Below are positions 36,787 to 45,917 of a stretch of DNA of 64,000 nucleotides, one piece after another (position 1 is the stretch's first letter; the number at the start of each line of letters is the position of its first letter). The DNA is taken from the IMG/VR virus record IMGVR_UViG_3300033146_005596, positions 1 through 64,000 of that record; one strand, given 5' to 3'. This DNA comes from a virus. A program made the position numbers and the translations under genes. The notes under the pieces were generated by a model. That model saw nothing but the letters and a program-made list of their open reading frames with translations. It did not search any database and had not been told where the DNA came from.

Positions 36787-36884
36787 TTTTAGCTCCTTAC
36801 ATATATAATATAACAAAGTTTTAATATAGTGCGTAAATAACTTAAAAATATTTTATAACTAATTAAATAAAGAGGTAAGTAGTA

Positions 36885-37784
36885 ATGACGACAGAAAAGA
36901 TGTTAAAAACTTATAGTTCTGAACTTGATAATAAACGAGTAAGAGAAACAACCATAAGTAATAATTTTACAGCAGATGACTCAATTTGGAATGACCCTAA
37001 AGTACTTCGGAGCAAAGCAGTTAAAAGCATTGTTACTAAGATTTATTTAGATCAGTTTAGAGATGAAACACAAGACCCTGAACAGGACTCTTTTGCAGAG
37101 TTAATGCACCATTATACTACAAGTGAACTAATTGGTTATTTATATGATGCTAACATAGCTGATGCTTTAGATACGCCTGAATTAAATAGAGCTGTTGAAA
37201 AAGCTCTTAGCACTAAAAACTTTTATGGAGAGGCAAGAATGAATAGTAGAAATTTAAGAGAGTCAATCACTGGAAATCCAGAGGATTATGATGAGTGGGG
37301 TTTTGATGATGAAGGCTTTGATGCTGAAGGCTTTGATGAAGAGGGTTTTGATGAGTATGGCTATGATTCTGATGGCTATGATTCTGATGGATTCGATGTA
37401 AACGATGAAAGCCGTTGGGATAAAGAAGATAGTGGGCCTTTTAATGAGTCAGTTAATATGTCAGACTTTAGCAATGTAGATGCTGATGACTGGGATGTTG
37501 TACCACAGGATTTAGACGAGCTAGAATATATTACTTACGAGGATGAGGAAGACTTTGAGGACGACTTTGAGGACGAGGACGAGTGGGAAGTAAATGAACA
37601 GAATGAATATATAAATATGCGAGACCTAGAAGATACTGGTTTTGATTCTGATGGTTATGACCTTGCTGGCTATAACGCAGAGGGGTATGATAGAGCTGGG
37701 TACCATATTGATGATGCAGACATTGATAGAATTGAAGATGAGTATTATAATGACATAGAAGGTTTAGAGGATTATGATAACTAA
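36885..37784 (+). CDS. highly acidic protein with G(F/Y)Dxx pentapeptide repeats
   Basis: GFDDEGFDAEGFDEEGFDEYGYDSDGYDSDGFD; in-frame internal SD and ATG at 37239 (MNSRNLRE|S). Confidence 0.7.
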   Translation: MTTEKMLKTYSSELDNKRVRETTISNNFTADDSIWNDPKVLRSKAVKSIVTKIYLDQFRDETQDPEQDSFAELMHHYTTSELIGYLYDANIADALDTPELNRAVEKALSTKNFYGEARMNSRNLRESITGNPEDYDEWGFDDEGFDAEGFDEEGFDEYGYDSDGYDSDGFDVNDESRWDKEDSGPFNESVNMSDFSNVDADDWDVVPQDLDELEYITYEDEEDFEDDFEDEDEWEVNEQNEYINMRDLEDTGFDSDGYDLAGYNAEGYDRAGYHIDDADIDRIEDEYYNDIEGLEDYDN

Positions 37785-38292
37785 AATTAAATTTACAGAA
37801 GATTTCAGAATTCCCGGCACCAATGTTTTAATTGAGGCTGGGGATATTATTCAGGTTCAAGAAGCTGGAGAGTCAGAGTCTCTTAAAGATGAGCTTAGAG
37901 ATGGTTGGGCTAAACTATATAAAAGAGTTGCGTCTAGAAATGTTAGTATAAGGGGCAAGTACGGAAATATTAAAAGTATTGATGAGTTGGCAGGCTTAAG
38001 CGTGAGGGTACTAAAAAATCTTAATGTAGTAATTACATCAGTAAGTCATTATGATGGATTGGACTATTTTAATAAGTATTCAGCTAATAGACAAATACAT
38101 TTCGAAGTAGTGCCTAGTAAAAAACATTTATTAGTCCTAGGCTTAGAACAAAATGATTTAAGTAAGTATAGCATTTTAGAAATGGCTGATTTTATTGAAA
38201 GACTTTTTAAAGAAGTTGATACTAAAAAAACTGATGCCTATGAAGCGAAGTATAAAAATATTGGTAAACCGCTATATACCAAAGTTAAATAA
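37774..38292 (+). CDS. putative capsid-internal protein with FRIPGTNVLIEAGD module
   Basis: N-terminal motif shared with 8686 and 23633, then VQE|A. Confidence 0.6.
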   Translation: MITKIKFTEDFRIPGTNVLIEAGDIIQVQEAGESESLKDELRDGWAKLYKRVASRNVSIRGKYGNIKSIDELAGLSVRVLKNLNVVITSVSHYDGLDYFNKYSANRQIHFEVVPSKKHLLVLGLEQNDLSKYSILEMADFIERLFKEVDTKKTDAYEAKYKNIGKPLYTKVK

Positions 38293-38296
38293 AAAT

Positions 38297-38330
38297 AAAT
38301 GGTACCAAACTTAATTGGTACCATTTTTTA
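38297..38330. terminator. bidirectional terminator
   Basis: AAATGGTACCAA-ACTTAA-TTGGTACCATTT between convergent genes. Confidence 0.75.
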
Positions 38331-38334
38331 TTTG

Positions 38335-39372
38335 TTACTCTTCAATAACTTCTTTTTTTGCATTTTCAAAGTTAGCTTCATCAATTTTATTTGCTTTTAA
38401 AAAAGACTCATTTACTGTATTTTTTGCCTGTTCAAACAATTCAGGATTATCTGTTAAAAACGCTTTTACCCCATTTATACCTTGAACATTCATATCCCAG
38501 TCTTCATTTTTAAACCAAGCTCCACCCTGTTTAATGACTCCTGCATCTTTCATGAAGTTTACATACTCATCATCAAAATCAAATCCAGTCTCAAAGTTGT
38601 TGGTCATTTCCCCAGTTCTATAAGGAATTCCAGTCTTAGATTTTACATTTCTTACAACCATTGTGACCGCAACTGGAACACCCTTTTCTTTAATTGTTTC
38701 TTTTTTTCTAATTAGAAAAACATTAGAGGCGTAGTAAGGTAAAGCATGCCCTCCAACTTTCCAGTGAGTATCTCCTCCATATAAGCTCATGTTAGCTCTT
38801 AGCTGATTTATAAAAATAGCTGGTGTATCTGTCTTTGACAACCAAGGATTTAAAATTTTCAGGCCTTCAGACATTATCTTGCTCGTGGAACCGAATGAAG
38901 CCTTAAACATATCTTGGATATTTCCTTTAGTTGCAGTGACCGCAACTGAATCCCAAATTATTAAGCCTATCTGTTCTGTTTTAACTAGCTCCACAGCCAT
39001 ATCAAAAGCGTCTTCTCCTGATACAGGCCTTAATAATATAAACTTACCATTTTCTGGTGAGGTATCCAGTCCCAAGACCCTTGCATGTTCTGCATCAAAA
39101 GCATGTTCCATATCTAAAAATACAACAACATTTTTATTTGGCTTTTTCTGAATATCAGCAGCTATTAAAGTTGCTGTTGTTGTTTTACCTCCGGACTCTT
39201 GACCTGCTAAAATTGTTATTCTCCCATCTGGTAAACCACCAGAAAATAAATAATTCATAGTAGGGCTTGTTAATGTAAACTTTTTAATGGTACTCTCACC
39301 TTCACTTAACTCAACCAAATCACCTGGATAATCTTTTTGTATACTTTTTAAAACACTTGCTAAACTACTCAT
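38335..39372 (-). CDS. recA: RecA/UvsX recombinase (start MSSLAS)
   Basis: GGLPDGRI, GQESGGKTT, DMEHAFD, IWDSVA, FINQLR, GGHALPYYAS. Confidence 0.93.
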   Translation of the reverse strand: MSSLASVLKSIQKDYPGDLVELSEGESTIKKFTLTSPTMNYLFSGGLPDGRITILAGQESGGKTTTATLIAADIQKKPNKNVVVFLDMEHAFDAEHARVLGLDTSPENGKFILLRPVSGEDAFDMAVELVKTEQIGLIIWDSVAVTATKGNIQDMFKASFGSTSKIMSEGLKILNPWLSKTDTPAIFINQLRANMSLYGGDTHWKVGGHALPYYASNVFLIRKKETIKEKGVPVAVTMVVRNVKSKTGIPYRTGEMTNNFETGFDFDDEYVNFMKDAGVIKQGGAWFKNEDWDMNVQGINGVKAFLTDNPELFEQAKNTVNESFLKANKIDEANFENAKKEVIEE

Positions 39373-39373
39373 T

Positions 39374-39880
39374 TTATTTGTCTCCTGTACTTCCAAAACC
39401 ACCAGTACCTCTAGTGCTTTTATTCTTTGTTCCTTCACTGTGTAATTCAGTGAAATACTTTTCATTTATTTCTTCTGGTATATTGTATAGAACTGGTACC
39501 AAAATAAATTGTGCTACTTTTTGGTCTGAGTTTATAACAACCATTTTATTACTTGTATTTATAAGAGATAAATGTATCTCCCCTTGATAGTCTTCATCAA
39601 CTACACAAGCACCCATTACTAGGCCCAACTTTGTTGCTATACCAGATTTATTAAAAGCTGTAAGCATAGTTCCATGTGGTAGTACTGATTTTATTCCAGA
39701 AGGTAATAAAACGCGACCCTGAGGCTGTATCATTATTGTGTCGTCGTACACTATAAAACCCTTACCTGCTACGTCTTTAAGGTAGCATTCACTTAGTTTA
39801 GGTACAAAAAAATCAATACCTGCTGATAATAATGTACCTCTTTCTGGACTTTTCACATCTCTCATTTTAACAAATTTCAT
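39374..39880 (-). CDS. dut: trimeric dUTPase
   Basis: SAGID, KSG, VVDEDYQGEI, KVAQ, RGTGGFGSTG. Confidence 0.95.
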   Translation of the reverse strand: MKFVKMRDVKSPERGTLLSAGIDFFVPKLSECYLKDVAGKGFIVYDDTIMIQPQGRVLLPSGIKSVLPHGTMLTAFNKSGIATKLGLVMGACVVDEDYQGEIHLSLINTSNKMVVINSDQKVAQFILVPVLYNIPEEINEKYFTELHSEGTKNKSTRGTGGFGSTGDK

Positions 39881-40628
39881 TTTCTTGTATCTCCTTTAAT
39901 CTTTGCATTTGTTTATCAAACTCTAAATATTTAACTAGTAGCTCTTCTGTAGAGTATAGCTTTGTGTGGTCTGGCATCTTTAAATAACTCTTAAAAATCA
40001 TTAAGTTATCAATACCATCTTTTGAGACAACATTTCCAAAATTTGTAACCCCTAAGGTTTTTACCTTGTAAAATGAACTCCTGTTTAGTATCACGGAAGC
40101 ACCAAAAACTTGCTTAAAAGTATAGAATATCTTAAAAATAGCATTTTTATTCTTTAGTTTATCAGCTTCTGCATCAAATCTTACCTTATTGTCTTCAGCA
40201 ATTGCTTCTTCTAACTCTTGGAAAAAATCCTTGGACTTCTTTCTTTTAGGTTCCATAAACTCTTTCATCTCAGCTTGTTTTAACTTATAGCTATCAATAT
40301 CTTTCTTGAGTAATTCTAAAGCAGGAATATTAAACTTCATAAACTTTTTAGCTGGCCAACCACGTAGGGCTGTTTGTACAAGTCCTAAGTCCTCAAACTC
40401 CTCAAGATATTTCTTCTGTTGGTGGTAGCTTAAGAAAAGCTCACCCTTAATAGCTTCAGCAGTTATATAAAAATAACCATCTTCTAAATAGCCGGACTTT
40501 GCATAGTACTCATAGTTATTTATGAGAAAACTAAAGAAAACAGCCCGGTTTGCATCCTTAAAAAACCTAATTAAGTCCTTATTAACAATCAAGTAGTTAT
40601 TCGTTGAAAATGCTTCTATAACTCCCAT
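39867..40628 (-). CDS. replication initiator-like winged-helix protein
   Basis: YLIVNKDL...AVFFSFL...DGYFYIT...LSYHQQ...LGLV...GWPAK resembles phage replication-protein N-terminal domains. Confidence 0.65.
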   Translation of the reverse strand: MGVIEAFSTNNYLIVNKDLIRFFKDANRAVFFSFLINNYEYYAKSGYLEDGYFYITAEAIKGELFLSYHQQKKYLEEFEDLGLVQTALRGWPAKKFMKFNIPALELLKKDIDSYKLKQAEMKEFMEPKRKKSKDFFQELEEAIAEDNKVRFDAEADKLKNKNAIFKIFYTFKQVFGASVILNRSSFYKVKTLGVTNFGNVVSKDGIDNLMIFKSYLKMPDHTKLYSTEELLVKYLEFDKQMQRLKEIQENEIC

Positions 40629-40630
40629 AC

Positions 40631-40933
40631 TTAAAACAACTCCTCACTTAGTACTGTTAAAAACTCTTCTTTAGTCTTTGAACGATTAACTTTCTTTTTT
40701 AGCTTGAGGTATCTAGGCATCAATTCTTTTGGAATACTCCCAATGTGAATGGTCCCAAAAAATATATTAACCATTTGCTCTAATGAGAAAGATTTGTATG
40801 CTGTATCATGAAATATTTTACTAAATAAATATTCAATAATTTTTTTGAGATATGTAGCTCGGCTAATCTCCTCTTCCCTCTCGTGAATAACCTTCAAGTC
40901 ATCAATGGTTATAATCTTAATCTTTTCGCCCAT
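40631..40933 (-). CDS. hypothetical protein
   Basis: 100 aa in the replication operon. Confidence 0.65.
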   Translation of the reverse strand: MGEKIKIITIDDLKVIHEREEEISRATYLKKIIEYLFSKIFHDTAYKSFSLEQMVNIFFGTIHIGSIPKELMPRYLKLKKKVNRSKTKEEFLTVLSEELF

Positions 40934-40937
40934 GCTC

Positions 40938-42113
40938 TTATGCTCCTTTTACTTGTCGTGTGGGTATATTTCTAGTTGGGATAATATCCTCAACAGTTGT
41001 TAATGGAACCAACTCATTTGAAAATGTTGGCATTTTGTTTGACTCATCTATAAATGAGCACAAAATTAAAATAGCCTCAGATTTGTTCAGATAAGGTACT
41101 CTTGCTTTTTCAATTTCTCTGAAAGTTGCAATCAGGGGAATAAAGTTTTTGTGAGTAGCAATCTCAACAGTAAGTGGTTGTACATTATCATTAAGGTCTG
41201 GAAAGCAACGGTACTGATAAGCTTCACCTAGAATATATAGACCTAGCTTATGAAAATCATTATGATTTATTTTAGAGTATTCAGTAATAAAATCCTGTTC
41301 TTTGTTCAATAACTGAATTAGCATCTTTGCAGTACTTTCCTCTGATACTATTCCAAGATTAGATAACAATGTTTTTGTATCGTAATACTCACCTGATATT
41401 GCCCGCTCTAAAAGCTGAACAGCAGTTCTTGGAATTCCTTCTGATGCGGAAGCTAATATTTTAAGCCCCTCAAATCTAAAGTCCTTTGGTAATTTGTCCC
41501 AAAGGCCTTCAATGTCCAAAGACCTTTTTAATAGACGCATTATATCAGAAGTTTTTAGAGGGTTAAAATAAAATGTTTGGCATCTTGATTTTATAGACGG
41601 TGGAACTCCAGATTTATCCATTGATAATAAAATCCAGTAAACATTTTTCTTTGGCTTTTCTAAAATCTTATGGAAGGCTGCTTTTGCACTTGCAGACAAC
41701 TGGTCAATCTCCTCAATAATGTAAACCTTTGCTTTATCAAGCATAGGTGAAGCATCTATTAAAGATGTGAAATCCACAATATCTGATTTAGAGCCTATTT
41801 GACTTCCATCTAGCATTTGTGTATCTCGTGTAAAAGTCTCATTTACAATTGATTTACAAGCTGGGCATTTACCGCAGGGAACTATATCATCTCCTGATGT
41901 ATCTAGGTCTGTGCATTGCACTATTTGAGCAATAATCTGAGCAGCAGTAGATTTACCAGTACCATAAGTACCTTGAAGTAGCATAACCTGTGGTAAGCCT
42001 TTATCCTTTTTGATTCGTTTAGACATTTCATTTTTTAGAGACTCCGCACCTTGAATCTCACCTAATGTTCTTGGCCTATGTTTTATAGACCATTGCAAAT
42101 TACTCTTTTTCAT
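40938..42113 (-). CDS. dnaX: DnaX (Pol III gamma/tau)-like clamp loader ATPase
   Basis: KHRPRTL, GTYGTGKST, C...PCGKCPAC, IIEEID, ILEKP, IKSRC. Confidence 0.88.
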   Translation of the reverse strand: MKKSNLQWSIKHRPRTLGEIQGAESLKNEMSKRIKKDKGLPQVMLLQGTYGTGKSTAAQIIAQIVQCTDLDTSGDDIVPCGKCPACKSIVNETFTRDTQMLDGSQIGSKSDIVDFTSLIDASPMLDKAKVYIIEEIDQLSASAKAAFHKILEKPKKNVYWILLSMDKSGVPPSIKSRCQTFYFNPLKTSDIMRLLKRSLDIEGLWDKLPKDFRFEGLKILASASEGIPRTAVQLLERAISGEYYDTKTLLSNLGIVSEESTAKMLIQLLNKEQDFITEYSKINHNDFHKLGLYILGEAYQYRCFPDLNDNVQPLTVEIATHKNFIPLIATFREIEKARVPYLNKSEAILILCSFIDESNKMPTFSNELVPLTTVEDIIPTRNIPTRQVKGA

Positions 42114-42116
42114 CTT

Positions 42117-42446
42117 ATCTCCTATGTTATTATAATAAGGGATAAATCAAGATTTTTAGTTTATCTAGAAAATTATTTTTGAAATTGAAAAGTAGTGCTG
42201 CTTTGAGGTTTTTCAATAGCAGCTGCTTTGAGGTTTTTCAAAAACTATATACTATATTAAAATATATTATTATTATAATATTTAAATTATTATAATATTA
42301 AAATTTATATATTAAGAAATTTAGGAAATTTTAAGGTATTTCATAATCTAGAAATTAAGAAATTTAAAAATATTGTAAAATGAATTTTTGCGGTTTTTCA
42401 ATATTAAAAATCCGAGTTTATCCCTTATTATAATAACATAGGAGAT
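42117..42446. other. candidate replication origin between divergent class II promoters
   Basis: perfect 30-bp inverted repeat at 42117-42146 and 42417-42446; 20-bp direct repeats GCTGCTTTGAGGTTTTTCAA at 42197 and 42222; AT-only tract 42254-42315. Confidence 0.6.
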
Positions 42447-42454
42447 TTGAAAAT

Positions 42455-43510
42455 ATGAATCAAAGAAATATATTTACACAAAAGGAAAATGAGCAATTAG
42501 TCAAACTATTAGGCCTTAAGAATATTAAATGGACTAATGACTCTGCGTTAATTAGCTGTCCTAAACATAAAGATAAAACTCCCTCTCTTTCAATAGATTT
42601 AATCAATGGTATATTCAAATGTTTTAGTTGTGGTTATAGTGGAACACTAAACCAGTTGTTTTATGATAATACTGGACAGTCTGCAAACAAAGCACTAGGA
42701 AAATCAACAAAGCTTTCAAAGTTCGATACCGTGTTTGAAAAGACATCTAATTTTGGTAGATTTTTTAACCAAGAAAAAAACAACGATTCTATAGAAGAAC
42801 TTGATGAATCAATAAACATCCTTCTTCCTAGCTTTGACTTAACGTTATTAGATAGAGAAGTACAGAGATACTTAAGAAAAAGGGGTATTTATTTAGAAAC
42901 AGCAAAAGCTATGAATTTTGGTTATATTAAAAATCAAAGTAAAGTTAATTCTATTAAGCATAATACACGTAAAATAATGACTGTCCAGAAAAGACTAGTT
43001 ATACCTATCTTTGAAAATGGTAAGCTTATATCTGCAGAGCTCAGAGATACAACAGGGCTAAGTGGGAAGAAGGTATTGTATCCAGCTGGTTCTTCTACTA
43101 ACACACTCTATAACCATTTTGAGCTAGATAAAAACTCACCTATCTACATTACAGAAGGACTTTTGGATTTAGCTGTACTAAAGAACTCATCTTTTTTCAG
43201 CAATGCGACTAGTACTTTTGGTACCAGCTCTACAACTCGCAAGCTAAATATAATGAAAACTTTTAAGCATATTGTTTTTATTCCAGATAATGATACACCT
43301 GGAAGAAAAGCAATAGAAGAAAAGTATGAAGTTCTCAAGAGCTATAATATTAAAATAGAAGTTTTAGAAGTTCCAGCGTCTATTAAAGACCCGGGAGATA
43401 TACCAAAAAAATATATATCAGTACAAAATTTATTAGATAAAGGCTGGATTGCAAAAAATACAATTTGTATAGATGACTTTTTATTTAAATACAGTCTGGG
43501 TATTTATTAA
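42455..43510 (+). CDS. dnaG: DNA primase (CHC2 Zn finger plus TOPRIM)
   Basis: CPKHKDKTPS, FKCFSCG, YLRKRGI, RLVIPI, ITEGLLD, PDND, KDPGD. Confidence 0.92.
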   Translation: MNQRNIFTQKENEQLVKLLGLKNIKWTNDSALISCPKHKDKTPSLSIDLINGIFKCFSCGYSGTLNQLFYDNTGQSANKALGKSTKLSKFDTVFEKTSNFGRFFNQEKNNDSIEELDESINILLPSFDLTLLDREVQRYLRKRGIYLETAKAMNFGYIKNQSKVNSIKHNTRKIMTVQKRLVIPIFENGKLISAELRDTTGLSGKKVLYPAGSSTNTLYNHFELDKNSPIYITEGLLDLAVLKNSSFFSNATSTFGTSSTTRKLNIMKTFKHIVFIPDNDTPGRKAIEEKYEVLKSYNIKIEVLEVPASIKDPGDIPKKYISVQNLLDKGWIAKNTICIDDFLFKYSLGIY

Positions 43511-43550
43511 AAGTACTAATTAAAAGAACCATAAAATGAAAGGAGATAAT

Positions 43551-43793
43551 ATGGATGTTACTAAGAAAGAGTTAATTGATTTTCTAGGAGAATGCTACAG
43601 CACTAAAGTAGGTATTGAACAACAGAGCAAAGGTATATCTGATGATGTTAAAGAGTTTGCAAAATCAGCAGGGGTTAAACCTAAAGAAATCAAGGCAGCT
43701 CTTAAAAGGTTTTCTGATTATATGAAAGGCAACATAAGTAATGATGATGACATATCAATCTATGTTGATGAATACTTTATTGAGCAGGAATAA
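43551..43793 (+). CDS. DsbA/GapR-like small dsDNA-binding protein (start MDVTKK)
   Basis: ISDDVKEFAKSAGVKPKEIKAALK helix pattern; SD AAGGAG. Confidence 0.5.
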   Translation: MDVTKKELIDFLGECYSTKVGIEQQSKGISDDVKEFAKSAGVKPKEIKAALKRFSDYMKGNISNDDDISIYVDEYFIEQE

Positions 43794-43798
43794 GCAAG

Positions 43799-44383
43799 AT
43801 GATATATAATAATATAGATAGTGTTAGCTATAAAAAAATATTCACTAAGAAGTTTGAGAACTTTTGCAACAAGATAGCAACCCTTGTATCTGTAACAACA
43901 TCTGAAACAGGTGTTACAGTTAAGCATGAGAACTCAGGAAAGATTTATAGATATGACTGGGATTTTGATACACCGGTTAAGATGTTTATTAAAAAAATTC
44001 ATGATGATTTAATTAACCACTTACCTATCATATTTAAAGTTGTAAAAGAAGAGTTGTCTTTGACTGAAGAAGAGAAGGAAGCAGCACTCGAAGCACAAGC
44101 CTCAGCTGTTGAGTGTGGGCTTGAACCTGAAGCAATACCTGAAAAGTACTGGCATACAGTCGAAAATACACCGTACAGAATTGAGAAGGTTATAGTAATG
44201 AAAGATATTTTTATTATTAGAAATCTAGATACTGAGCAACTTTTTCGGTACCATATGAATAAATCCTGTATTCATTTCTTAGCTAATTACAGAAAAGGAA
44301 AGTATGATACACCACAAGCTGCTGGGAATGTATTTTTTGAAACTAGTGAGCTACTTGGTGAAATAACTCCAAAAGGTGAATAA
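43799..44383 (+). CDS. hypothetical protein
   Basis: 194-aa ORF in the operon. Confidence 0.7.
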   Translation: MIYNNIDSVSYKKIFTKKFENFCNKIATLVSVTTSETGVTVKHENSGKIYRYDWDFDTPVKMFIKKIHDDLINHLPIIFKVVKEELSLTEEEKEAALEAQASAVECGLEPEAIPEKYWHTVENTPYRIEKVIVMKDIFIIRNLDTEQLFRYHMNKSCIHFLANYRKGKYDTPQAAGNVFFETSELLGEITPKGE

Positions 44384-44385
44384 CA

Positions 44386-44748
44386 ATGGCAAGAAGAGAC
44401 AGCAACGATAAAAAATGGCAGGAAGTAAAAAAAGATGTAGTTCTTAGGGATATGAACATGTGCCGGTTATTAGCTGTGCTTGACTTAAAAGAGTATGCAA
44501 TTTATAATAAGTTTGCAGGTCGGAGATTTACCAAGCTAGACCCAGCTCATGTTTTTGCTGTTTCTTCTTACCCGCATCTTTGTTATGAGCTAGATAACAT
44601 AGTACTATTGAATAGGTACTCACATACAATGCTCGACAGTTGCAAAAATCCTTTAGATGGTACTAATATTTCAAAGGCAGAAAGAGATAATTGGTGGAAA
44701 AGAATAATAGGTCTGGAGTTGTATGAAAAACTTCAGTACAAAAACTAA
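44386..44748 (+). CDS. HNH/NinG-like nuclease
   Basis: VVLRD..CR, DPAHV, DNIVLLNRYSH. Confidence 0.65.
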   Translation: MARRDSNDKKWQEVKKDVVLRDMNMCRLLAVLDLKEYAIYNKFAGRRFTKLDPAHVFAVSSYPHLCYELDNIVLLNRYSHTMLDSCKNPLDGTNISKAERDNWWKRIIGLELYEKLQYKN

Positions 44749-44773
44749 AAATAGGAAAAAACCCCTTATTATA
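44746..44773 (+). promoter_or_regulatory. class II promoter
   Basis: TAAAAAT-N11-CCTTATTATA followed by ATAATATAGGAG. Confidence 0.7.
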
Positions 44774-44794
44774 ATAATATAGGAGATTAAAAAA

Positions 44795-44962
44795 ATGGCT
44801 GATAAAATAGAAATTGTTGAAGCTGGAAAAATGTTGTTACTAGATGGAGTAGCAATCTCAAAAGAAGACTTAGGAAAAAGAATGCAGGAAGTTGCAGCAG
44901 ACGCCAGAATCAGGGAAACAAAACCCGGAGTATTTAAAACCCTAAAAAGAATGCAGGAGTAG
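44795..44962 (+). CDS. small hypothetical protein, 55 aa (not in ORF track)
   Basis: MADKIEIVEAGKMLLLDGVAISKEDLGKRMQEVAADARIRETKPGVFKTLKRMQE*, SD AGGAG. Confidence 0.7.
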   Translation: MADKIEIVEAGKMLLLDGVAISKEDLGKRMQEVAADARIRETKPGVFKTLKRMQE

Positions 44963-44964
44963 AA

Positions 44965-45906
44965 ATGTATAATGCTATTCTAATTGACGTTATGAATCTT
45001 TGTTATAGAATTTATGATAAAGATTCTGAGTCAAGCATCAAGAAAATTGATGACAAATATGTATACAAGAATTTATTAAAAGACTTCATAGTTAAAGTGG
45101 AATCAATCAAGAAGGTATATGGTCTAAAAGATACTGAGGTTTATCTATTGTTTGATAATCCTATGAGCCGAGATAAAATTCATGACTCTTTTAAGTATGT
45201 AAAAAGAAACGAAGTGTACAATCCGTACAAAGCAAACAGGATTAAAGATAAAAAAAAGGAGTTTTTTAATACTCTAAACCTCTTGAAATATTTTTATATT
45301 CTAGGTGATAAACATTATCATACAATAAAAGTACAAAACTTAGAAGCTGATGATTTTGTTAAGTCTATTCTTGAGCAGAAAACAACAGAAGATGATAAGG
45401 TTTTAATGGTTACTAATGACTTGGACTGGTGCCGTTATCTTACATGCAATGTTGCTTATTTTCCAGACTTCTCAAAAGAGCCAGTCAATGCAGATGGCTT
45501 TGAAAGAAAATATAATTATATACCTTCTGAGTTTAATCTTGTGCTTAATAAAACATTGTTTGGAGATAAGTCTGATAATATTCCAAGAGTATGTACTTTT
45601 AATGATAAATATTTTGGAGAGTTTACTATGCTAATTGAAAAGCTAGAGAGTATTGATGAATTTTGGAAAGCATTTCAAGCTGGTTTATTTGGTACCAAGA
45701 TTTATGATAAGATTAAAGATAAAGAAAGGCAGCTGCAGATAAACTTTGCAATGACTAGTGTTATTGATGTTGATAAAAATATATTAAAAACACATTTGAC
45801 AAGTGGTAGAGAGTCTAGACTTCAAGAAACACTAACTAAGAGTATTTTCGGAATTAAAAAGGCAAAGCCATTTAGTTTTAGTACAATTCAAAAACCAAGA
45901 AAATAG
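44965..45906 (+). CDS. 5'-3' exonuclease / RNase H (FEN-like)
   Basis: ILIDVMNL, LLFD, YKANR, EADD, TNDLD, GDKSDNIP. Confidence 0.9.
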   Translation: MYNAILIDVMNLCYRIYDKDSESSIKKIDDKYVYKNLLKDFIVKVESIKKVYGLKDTEVYLLFDNPMSRDKIHDSFKYVKRNEVYNPYKANRIKDKKKEFFNTLNLLKYFYILGDKHYHTIKVQNLEADDFVKSILEQKTTEDDKVLMVTNDLDWCRYLTCNVAYFPDFSKEPVNADGFERKYNYIPSEFNLVLNKTLFGDKSDNIPRVCTFNDKYFGEFTMLIEKLESIDEFWKAFQAGLFGTKIYDKIKDKERQLQINFAMTSVIDVDKNILKTHLTSGRESRLQETLTKSIFGIKKAKPFSFSTIQKPRK

Positions 45907-45917
45907 TGAGGTAATAA

